A stretch of DNA of 64,000 bases from Mytilus californianus. Its lineage: Eukaryota. Below are positions 45,668 through 57,600 of this stretch, piece after piece. Within the stretch, counting starts at the first letter, position 1. Each line of letters begins with the position of its first letter. Made by a program: the position numbers and the translations under genes. The notes under the pieces were generated by a model. It made no database searches. It worked only from the letters and a program-made list of their open reading frames with translations, and was not told the DNA's origin. The stretch covers positions 24,924,001 through 24,988,000 of the forward strand of contig NW_026262604.1 of NCBI RefSeq assembly GCF_021869535.1, in the 5' to 3' direction.

Positions 45668-48600
45668 GTAGGCAAAAATACTTATAGGCAAAGCCAACAG
45701 AGTGGAAAAATCAACTAAGTTACGTGGTGTCAATTTTTATATTTTGTTCGTACACAATGTTAAAAATTAACGAATGCACACCTTGCATCAAAGAGGAGTA
45801 TGGATTTCAAAAAACGCTCACTTGATACCTTTCTGGCTAGGTAATTCTAGTATAACTTTCGTTATGTGTAAATAAAACTAAACAAAATATTCAAAAGCAT
45901 ACGCGACATAAAAATTTCAAATAAATCATTCAAACAAATAGCCGACATGCAAGATACTTTTTCGATTTCTGACTCTTTTACTATCATAGCTTGATCTTTA
46001 GGTTCACAATAAAAGGCCTTTAATTATTTGATAACTGTTGCTTTACAATGTTTCTCGTTTTGACAAAACCAAAATAAACTTGTAAGCTAAAAACTATATA
46101 ATGGTGAACTGAAAGTATGACGAAATATACTGAATACGACTATTTAACTGTTAATACGTAGTAACACGTTTTGTTTGTTTGTTCCTTCAAGCTTCCTACA
46201 ACTGAGATCAACCCCTGTTATTGTTTTGTTTTGTTCGTGTAGCTCAGTCTTTAGGTGTGTTCTGTGTACTCTCTTCATTGTTTTTTTCGTTTTTTGCCAT
46301 GGTATGATCAATATGAAAATAGGTATGATTGCGAATGAGACAACGATACACCAAAGTTCAAATGAAGTGGATGTAAGCAATTATAAGAAACCATACGGCC
46401 TTCAACAATGAGAAAAACCCATACCGTATAGTCGGCTATAAAAGGCATAACGGCATAATTAATAATAAAACCATTTACGAAAAATAAATATGAGACATGA
46501 ACCAACAACAACCGATGAACTACATGCTCCTGTATTGGGACAGCCATATAAAGATTTTTTTGTTTTCGACTTATGAGTTCGAATATTCCTTCATTATCTT
46601 ACGCCTATCTCGATAAAAAATAAAAATTACCAATTTAAAGATCTAGATATTTTATTCTCATATAAGTAGGTCCCTTACTTTACGGAAATGAGTTGTGTTC
46701 AGTTATATAAGGAGGTCGCACTACACAACATGTAGCTTAAGGAACATACTTTTTAAAAACTTGTAACTTGTGATCCTTCAAATTAAACAAATAATGAATA
46801 GGTTTCAAACACTTAAATTTCTATCAATCTCGTTGTCATATACTTTCTGTTCCATGTATTGTACAGAAAATGACTTCTATTGAGTTGTTGCATTATTGAC
46901 ATCCAGTTATCGCAGACAGCTCTTTCGTATGCAGTGGCCTTTACAATGGCAATTTGTTTTGGGAAATTCTAGATTCGCATAGCGCAATTCTAAAGGGGGA
47001 AACTCGCTAGGGACGTAAAAGTAAACAAACGTGAAAGGAAGAAAGTATAAACCGATTCTGAAAGGAACATTTTGATACACCAAATCATTTAACAACTGTT
47101 ATGAAAACTTTAATTGTCAAGAAGGAACACAAGGAAAATATAACAAACAAACAAATAAACATCGCTCTATCATCTACCATATTACGTCCCCCCCACCCCC
47201 CTTTTCAATGAACCATTATGTCATGTAAATTAAATTTTCTTATTTTATTGTATGATTCTTTTCTTTAACGGAAAAAGACAGCAAACAATCCGGATTAATT
47301 TTGTCGATTTTTGTTTTTCTATCTGCCATTAAATGGTTGATGAAATTATGTCCTTGTATTTGTTTATTTGCTTTGTATTGTTTGATACATTATCTTTACT
47401 ACGATCATTTCAGGCATGCTATACACAGAGGTTTATTACATATGACGGCATTACCTTGTTTAACGTAGGCTGTCAGGACCATGATGTATGTTGTAATTAC
47501 TAACCGACGTTTTTGTTATCAAATTTTTCTTTTCCATATAGGTTGTCTTTTCCATATAGGTTGTCTACATTTTGTAAAAAAAATACATAATAAGCTACGA
47601 TAAAAAGAGGTGAAAGTTACCAAGTTGACATTCAAAATTCAAAGTCGAAGAGAAAGTGACAGCGTCATGACAAGAAACGAAAAACGACAATAAATACATA
47701 CAAGTCCACAAAACATAAACTATAAAAAATAACTAAAGACTGAAAACACGAACCAAACCAAACACCTGGAGTGATATAATGTGCTCCGGAAGAGTATCAA
47801 ATTATACCATAAATAATTTCATCAGATAAAGGTTATGTTTTTTAGTTGCTAAATGTCCAGTGGCAAGTAGTTCGTGCATGTTTTAGACGAAAACAAATTC
47901 AAAATACATAACATAGGTAGGTCCAGTAATAGGGGTCGACTGGGATGAAGGGCGGGAAATTAGAACTGCCATTAGAAAATGAGGGAAATTTGTGACAAAA
48001 ATTTAGCCTTGAATTAAATAAAATGATGACAATGGCATGAACATTTTATTGAAATAGATTTGAATAAAAGGGGATATTTAGTATACGTTAAAAGTACAGC
48101 AACACAATTTTGTTTTCTGACAGTGGTTCATAAAGGTCTAATGTCATTTTCAGGATAAACACAAAATCAACTTTGCTATTTGGTAAATACCCCCAAGCAT
48201 GCCGGGTTTGGGTACGAGAAACACATGACAAATGTTTGGGTTTTGTTTTTAAGACTAAACCTTTTAGTTCCAAAGGGCGTTTTATTGCATTTATGGGGTT
48301 TTGATAATAAAAATGTCTTTCAATGTCCCGGTCCTTTGGCCTTGACGTACTAACGTGCCCAGGCTTCACACCATCCTTTGAAGTTTGTAAGAAACATACA
48401 CAATTTTCGGTTGAGTAGTATATAGGTCTATGGAGACCACCGCTCTTCAACTGATTTACTTTATTTGCTAAGAATCCGGTGACAAATACATTTGCTAAGA
48501 ATCCGGTGACAAATACATTTGTACTTCATACCTAATCAGAAAAAAAAACAATTTCTGTCATATTTTCTTTACAAAGTAATAAGTATTTCATTTCTTTTGA

Positions 48601-51600
48601 TGTATATCGTGATATTACTCTTATTGAAAAGTACGATGTTTCAATAATCATTATCTGATTACAGCAATGCATGGCACATCCTGGTAGGTCTGTTGGCGAT
48701 GTTAATGTATGCACGAAATGCTGCAACAATACAGACGTTTGTAATTTGGATCAGCTATGTAGTTCAGAAGGTAGCGGCAATTTTTCAGCAACTACGAGTA
48801 CTCTCACGTCTGTACTTTGTGTCTTTCGATTTTTTGTTTGTTGTTTTTGAGCATTGTACCGTTCTTATGACTCAAGCCCTTTTAAACTGATTTATATAGT
48901 TTATTTTTATGTTGTGCTGTTACACCGCTGTCCCAGATTAGAGAGAGGGTTGAGCGCCAGCAAAATGTATGGTACATAAATGAGGCCGTTAGTTTTCTAG
49001 TTTAAATTATTTTACATTTTTAATTTCGGGAATTTTTTTAAATTGCTATGCAGTATGGGTTTTGCTCATTGTTGAAGTTAGTATGGTGAACTATAGTTAC
49101 AAACTTCTACATCATTTGGTCTCCGGAGGCGACTTGTCTCATTGGCCATCATACCACATCTTCTTATTTTACATCAACTTGTGAGCATAACACAAGCTAA
49201 AAACTAAGAGGTATTCTGAATAGTACCAGAGTTTTCCGAGGTCACGACGTCAAGTTTGTCAATGTTCTTTTAAACGAGTACATGTTTCATTAAGGTGCAT
49301 ATATATATAACTATTAGGTAAAATTAATATAACCTGTTGTAGCGCTTTATTGCAGTGTTTGTTCCAAAGCCAGGACACGTTCTTTGTTTCTCTTGTCCTT
49401 ATAGTTTAGAACAACCAGCTCAGTGTCACAGGATAACACTTTGTGGACAAGACCAGGTAAAGTTTAATTTTTCTTTAACTCATAAATGATGGTCTTGCAT
49501 CTGGTTTATATATTTTTTTTTTATCGACCAGTGATTGGCTAGCGACAAAACCCGGTAAACTTTTATTCTTCTATAATTCATGTATGATGATTTTGCATCT
49601 TGTTTACTTTTTATCTTTATCGACCAGTGATTGTTCTATTAAGGTAGATAGGGTGTCTTCCTCCATCTTGGATTTTGAAATACCAGAAAATAATTGGTCT
49701 AGACCTTTAATAAAATGTGCAAATTTTGAAAGTAGTGGGTAATTCATGTGTAAGAATTTTCATTCTAATATAGAAAATGACATGTTTTATTATATTTATG
49801 GTTGTATTTTACAAAAAACAGAATACTTTTGTTTGATTCAATTTTTTCCAACTTTGCCACATAAGGGGAGGCAACACAAATGTAAGGGCAGATAATTCAG
49901 ATAAAGTTACTTTTACAATAGAATGTGTTAGGAATTTATCTATTTTATTATGTAGCAAGAAAACGGGCACGGTGACCCCATTTTTTCTTTTTCTTATCTG
50001 AAAGTATAATATTAGAGCTATCTCCTTATATTTTATCTCAAATATCTGTGGTGTAGTTTTCGTTTTATGGCAGAAAATTGCGTTTTCCATGCATAATCTA
50101 TACAAAATCTGTCAATTTTGCACAACCTGTAGCGTGAAAATAAGCCCCGTGACCCATTCTTTTTATTATTTTTTTCAAAAAAGCATGATATAAACTACAT
50201 TTTGGCAAATTATTAAAAAATTCTATGGATTATAATTTAGACACCCCATCTACCTTAACTACATATAAATATATTTTAATTTTATAAGCGATGACCTTGA
50301 TCCTTGGTAACGATAGTCTTAGAGATTTATTTTAATGAAAAGTTACCTATACGTTTGATAGCAAGTACCCGCTATTTGAAATGCTTGTCTAAAAGGTGAA
50401 AGCAAACGGACATTCAAACTAATAAATCGAAAATAAACTGAGAACGCCATGGCAAGAAAGAAAAAGACCAAAAGACAAACTCCAGTATAGAAAACACAAC
50501 ATATAACAAACAAAAGACTGAGCAACAGGAACCCAATCAAAACCCGAGGCGATCTCAGGTGCTTCGGAAGGGTAGGCAGATCCTGCTCCACATGTGGCAC
50601 CCGTCATGTTACTCATCTAACCGTTACGGTAAGCTATGTCATCTAAACCGGACTATTCCTAGCCATTTTGTCTTTGCTGTTATTAAAAATTCCAAGTACA
50701 TAGCAAAACGTAACAAGCCCGATTTCTTAAGTTTTAGCTTTGACGCCAACTATTTATGATTATTTATTTATGATATGACACATTGTTTATGTGTTTACTA
50801 CTTGTTGTATGTCATCAATGTTTTGATGTTTCTAGCAATGTTCGATCAATACAACCAGAAATTTACTTAATGAGAAGAGATATAAAATGGGCTGTTCAGC
50901 CAACAAGGTTAGTGTTGGTCTTTTTGAAAAATTAAAGTTGAGAATGGAAATGGGGAATATGTCAAAGAGACAACAAACCGACCAAAGAGCAGACAACAGC
51001 CGAAGGCCACCAATGGGTCTTCAACGCAGCGAGAAAATCCCGCACCCAGAGGTGGTCCTCAGCTGGCCCCTAAATAAAATTGTGTACTAGTTCAGTAAAA
51101 TTGGACGTCACACTAAACTCCAAAACATATAAATGAACTAAAATACCTTACCGAAATATGCGTCTTATATACATTATATTCTATTAATACTGAAAATGTA
51201 CAGAAATCATTTATATAGATGAAATCGTTACCTTGAATACGTTTCATTTATATCATTTCTTTCTTTCTTTTGTATGAGCTTCCTTTCTAAGGAACACCCC
51301 TTATCATATAAAAAAAATATTTACACAGATAATTAAGAGAACAAATCTCTTAATTTTAAAAAGAATTTAAGTCATAAATTTAAAAATAGTAGACGTGCTC
51401 TGTATAATTTGTGAAAAAAAATAAATAAAACATGAGAGTAGGCATGTATGTTCAGAGGGGTCGAAATAATGTACAAGTATGAAATCTTTATACCTAAAAA
51501 ATAATTTCCATAAGCAGAAACATATTTTACTCTACGCTGGTTTGTCTACGTCAATTACGCGTTTTATGTGTAATCTGGATCCCTGCATTGCATGACTCAC

Positions 51601-54600
51601 AAGGTCATTGTGATCGTTTGACATTTTCTAGCATCATTGTATTTCTTAGGTTCACAACTCAACCGTTTTACAGAAATATATCATTTATTGAAATTATCTT
51701 AGCCGTAATATGGATATTATACCAATAGACTTTTTTTCATATTACCGACTTTTGATTCCGGAGTTTATTATATTTTTTCGACAGGTTACCTTCTCTAATG
51801 TTGGACATCCTGGTACTCGGTCAGGTAAATTCAAGCTTACAATCGGTACAATTAAGAGGAGGAATTTTACTGTTTTATGTTTTTATACACAACAAAATCA
51901 TCGGGAAACAGTTAACTTTCCCCAAATTGCACCAATTATATGTTTGCTTTTACTTCTTTTGGTTGCTCTTACCTGACCGAATACCAGGATGTCCTACCAC
52001 AGATTAGGCAACCTGTCGCAAAATTATATAATCCGGAGTCAAAAGTCGGTAATATTACGATATAAAAAAATGTCAACACACAACACGGTTGACTCCAAAT
52101 TAGAATTAACAAGAATTAACTAACATTAAGAAATTCACGTTTTTAAGAATGATTGCACAGGTTACTTATATGTGTATAACAGCCTCTGACGTCATACTCT
52201 GTTCAAATACTTCCGCATGATTTACCTTATATCCAATCGACATAAAAAAAAATGTCAACACATAATTTACACGGTGGACTCCAAACTTACTAGTTCTTTC
52301 AAAGTATTTGTTTTTGAAAACGACGTTATATTGCGTCATTTGTGCGAAATGTGTGAACTACAGAATGTCAAATACTGTACATATATCGCACATATTACGA
52401 AATATAACTTCGTCCTCAAAAACAAATACTTTGAAAGAACTATTAAGTTTGGAGTCAACGTGTTATGTGTTGACTTTTTTTATATCGATTGGATATAACG
52501 TTAATCATGTGGAAGTATTTGAACAGAGGATGACGTCAGAGGCCGTTATGCACATATAAAATACCTGTGAAATCATTGTTAAAAACGTGAATTTCTTAGT
52601 GTTAGTTAATTCTTCATGGGGGTATTCTTATTTTGAGTCATCTTAGGAAGAAGAAGAAAAACTAATAGTCATTTACCTTTTTTCAAAACTTCACGTTTTA
52701 TGAATTCATTAGTCTTTACGTAGTTCTTTTGTAACGTAAATAAGTTATAATTTCTAGTATTCAAATGAGGTGCCGATTAAACATTCACATGGTTGCCAAA
52801 AAAAAAATGAAAACAACACGTCATTAGTTTTATGCTTCCGAAGCGCCTTACCTGATAACCCTTCATCAATAATGCTCAAAGCCGAATATTTTAAGATGTT
52901 TTTACTGACACAGTCAGTCATAATTTCGGTTTGCGACCTATTTTAAAGGATGCTTAACTATGATAACAGCATGCATGATGTCACAAGCCTTTACTCTGTT
53001 TGGACGAAATTACGGAAGTGAACAAAAACCCACAGAGAAAGATATCTGCTACAATAAAAGGAAAACAATACGGACATCAAATCAAACTTAGAAATGAAAT
53101 TATCCAGATAAATAAAAATAAATTCAGGTAAAGGAGGTGTCATTATCACCACTGTCAAATTGTTTGGATCTTGTATGCTTAGGCTTTAATACATGAGCAG
53201 GTAAATATCATTGACAGGTTCATTAGATCTACCAGGTCAATTAGGCTATTAATAGCTCGAGTGCTATAAATATATCTTATTGACTTTGTGTACTTGCACG
53301 TGCAGTCTGAAACTTACAAGGTGTAATAATAATCTTAAAGAGTACAAAATATTCAATCTAATTTAGATATATATCTCTGATTTCGTTATACTTATATATA
53401 CGACCATGCGAGTAATATAGATTTGATTTTATAGTATGACAGGTTACAAAAAAAATTGTATTTTTATTTAGTGAAGAAAATGTTTACTTTTACACTGCCA
53501 AAAGATGCTTTGATATTTTATTGAAAAGAAAATGTTTATTATATTCTTAAAATGTATATTTTTACAACACGTCATTAGTTTTATGCTTCCGAAGCGCCTT
53601 ACCTGATAACCCTTCATCAATAATGCTCAAAGCCGAATATTTTAAGATGTTTTTACTGACACAGTCAGTCATAATTTCGGTTTGCGACCTATTTTAAAGG
53701 ATGCTTAACTATGATAACAGCATGCATGATGTCACAAGCCTTTACTCTGTTTGGACGAAATTACGGAAGTGAACAAAAACCCACAGAGAAAGATATCTGC
53801 TACAATAAAAGGAAAACAATACGGACATCAAATCAAACTTAGAAATGAAATTATCCAGATAAATAAAAATAAATTCAGGTAAAGGAGGTGTCATTATCAC
53901 CACTGTCAAATTGTTTGGATCTTGTATGCTTAGGCTTTAATACATGAGTAGGTAAATATCATTGACAGGTTCATTAGATCTACCAGGTCAATTAGGCTAT
54001 TAATAGCTCGAGTGCTATAAATATATCTTATTGACTTTGTGTACTTGCACGTGCAGTCTGAAACTTACAAGGTGTAATAATAATCTTAAAGAGTACAAAA
54101 TATTCAATCTAATTTAGATATATATCTCTGATTTCGTTATACTTATATATACGACCATGCGAGTAATATAGATTTGATTTTATAGTATGACAGGTTACAA
54201 AAAAAATTGTATTTTTATTTAGTGATGAAAATGTTTACTTTTACACTGCCAAAAGATGCTTTGATATTTTATTGAAAAGAAAATGTTTATTATATTCTTA
54301 AAATGTATATTTTTATTATTTTTCATGTTTTAATTTTAGTGTGTACATATATATATATATATAATCATTGTATAGTCTCTCATAACTCTTTTTAGAGTGG
54401 CTCTTGTTTATATGTGAAGTAAGGCCGTTCGGTGACCTATAGTTGTTAATTTCTGTGTCATTTGGTCTCTTGTGGAGATTTGTCTCATTGACAATCATAC
54501 CACATCTTCTTATTTTTATGTTACAATAATGCGTAAATATTTTGCAAGATTGAAAAAATATTATACTTGAAAAAGAATGTCAAACTCATATACCGTAAAT

Positions 54601-57600
54601 TTAATTACTTGTAAAAAGCTGTATTAAATAGATCATCTCTCTTTGACGTCCGTTCGTCCCCGATATACTCACCGAAATAGGTTGTATATCTGACTGTTAA
54701 TGTTGAGCTGGACATATAGTTATAATTGACATTTTTGCATGGTGCTAAACTGTTTCAAGTTTGTTAATCATTACAGATTGTAACCTACTATCTTATGTTT
54801 GTGTCTATTTCACAGCTATATATACTTATTTATCTCTGGAAAATACTTATTTATATATGAATATACATTTAGTTAAGTATCATGCAGTATTTATTTTAAT
54901 TCTTTAGAGAAAAGCGAATATACTATGACTTTTTAGCTATGATAAAAAAAACTAATAAAGATTCATGGTTTGTTTTAAACTCGATGCTCACATCTGAATG
55001 CGTTAGATATCTTTTTTTACAGATATTACTTGTTTTTAATCATAATGATATTTTATATACTGGCATATACTGAAATAACAATTTATCGTAAATTAACCTA
55101 TATGTACAACTCTTTGATACTTTTTTCTAGGCGTGTCAGAAATCGGCAAATTCCTATTGCTGTAACAATCAACTTTGTAACAGACACATTCCATGTAAGA
55201 TAGTTTGTTAGAATCTGAATTAATATCACGATTTTATGAAAATAAAAAAAATGTGGTATGTTTGCCACCGAGACAAGTTTCCAGATTGTGGAATAATGTA
55301 AGACTATTTGGCCTTTTGGTCATGGTGCGGCCTTCCCTTTTCGATGTAATTAAATGTTCATCTCCTCAATCATAACCCTTTCCGGCATGTTGCATTGTGT
55401 TCCGATTATCCATGTGTATTTAAAAAAAAGTATTTTTGTTATCAGCATTGGCAAATCCTCAATCAGCAGGTACAGGACACTAGAATATAGATTGATTGAA
55501 AGATTGGTGTTTGCTTAGTTAATGATCGTTTACATAATAAAAGAGGGTGTATATGAGTGTTAACAGAATAGAGAATAACGGACAAAAAATATAAAGAATA
55601 GAGGAAAATAGACCAAAATAATAAAGAATAAAGAATAATAGGCAAAAAGTATAAAGAATAGATAAAAATGGCGTAAAAAATAAAGAATACAGAAACGAAG
55701 GAACCACCCCCTTTCAAGACCCTCATATAAGGTTGCTGGTATTTAAATAGAAAAAACAAAGGATATGGAGTATCCATTCATGACACAAAATCAGAACGTC
55801 CACAGCAAAAAATACACAAAAAGCAAAAGAACAGGGCTTTGTTCATATTCATTTTGAACGAATTAAACATTAAAACAATAAGGGGTCCCGGATGATTAGC
55901 AGAGTATTTTAACCCGCCACTGCAACAAGGGGTAATTAAAAATAGTGGCACGAAAAAAAGATATATGATTAAAGCAAATATTTAGCAAAATAAAATATCA
56001 AAACAGTAATTATACTACAATTCTTCAAAATCAACCAGCAGAAACGTTTCATTTTTGCGGGTTTTGCTGTGTTGAATCTTCAGTTTTTTTATTAATCGTC
56101 TTGTGAACTAATATATGTCTGTTTGACGTTTTGGCCATGGTGCTACCTTCTTTTTTGATTTCACCAAATCATCATCCCGCTTCAACAATCATAACCCCTT
56201 TCTGTATAGTGCATTGTGTTCCGATTATCCATAGGTTTCCATTCAAGACTCTTTACTTAGATATATGCTGCAATATAAACAAATGTACGAATAATTTAAC
56301 TTGCTACACAAAATGTATTTTTTAAGGTGTCTTTATGTTTGTGTTCAGTGATTAGTGATGAAAAAAAAATAGTTGCCATTAAATTTTCAAAAGTTTTAAG
56401 TAGAAAATTGAAATATTATTTATTTCATGTACATGTATTATCTTCCTTGTAAGTTTAATATAGTAATTAGCAATCTTTTAAATCGAGAAAGTTATGATTT
56501 CCTTGATAGAGGGTTGCTGCTCACAAGGAAGCTATTAAACCAAGAGTTCCAAACGGTGAAGTTGAAATCATCCCTTCGTAAATTTTACGGACGCCACCAC
56601 GAGTTGGTAGACCGTTATGGAATATCCGTTTCACAGATGATAGCGGATATGTTCCTAATGTCGTAGCTACAATCCTGTTCCCTGTTCACGAATGTGACCT
56701 ACCGGATTAGACTATTTACCGGGTTTGTACTAACATGAGCAACACTACGGGTGTCACATGTGGAGCAGGATCTGCTTACCCTTCCGGAGCACCTGAGATC
56801 ACCCCCAGTTTTTGGTGGGGTTCGTGTTGCTTAGTCTTTAGTTTTCTATGTTGTGTTTTATGTACTATTGTTTGTCTGTTTGTCTTTTTCTTTTTTAGCC
56901 ATGGCTTTGTCAATTTATTTTCGATTTATGAGTTTGAATGTCCCTCTGGTATCTTTCGCCCCTCTTCTATAGCTCCTTTTTTAGCGCATGTACTATTCAA
57001 GTTGAGCATTTGTATCTGTAATCTCGTTTTCGCTCTCTGATTCAAATATTTATAAAAAAAAATAATTACATTTGGTATTTTCTTTAAGGGTGTTTGCTCC
57101 TGTTGTTTCAAAATAACAGATTTTTTAAAAGACTGTTAAAAATTTTTTGGTACTTCATAGATAAAACTAGAGGAATCCGAATAGCAGACAAAATAATCAA
57201 AAACAAGTGTAGTGAACATCCTTAATACTTTTTATTTTAATTTAACATTAATATAGCAAAACCAATTATCGTAAATCCAACCTCCAATCAGCATATACAA
57301 GTCAAGTACCATACAGACGTACGGATAACGTGTATAGTCACTGGATATCCGGAACCCACCATTGGATATGAGTTCAAGGTATCCGCACATTTAATAATAT
57401 CCTATCGTCTATAGATTTCATTGATTCTGTGACCTGGCTTACTGATCATTTAAAAATCAGAAGATGTGGTATGATTGCCAATGGGACAACTCTCCACCAG
57501 AGACCAAATCATCTAGAAGTTAGTTATATGTAATACACATGTTTAACAACATATATCGTCCTAAACATTACCCGCTCTCGTCCCATATAGAATTTACTGA

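Noticed and set aside
48088-48450. Longest track ORF (120 aa, minus strand)
   Set aside because: Non-ATG start, no recognisable domain, and antisense within a gene C intron; cannot be supported without a homology search
56735-57040. Recurrent 'MSNTTG.TCGAGSAYPSGAPEI' ORFs (also 474-773 and 50343-50616), plus ORFs at 18780-21030 and 29632-29933
   Set aside because: Translations of high-copy repeat termini and minisatellites, not genes
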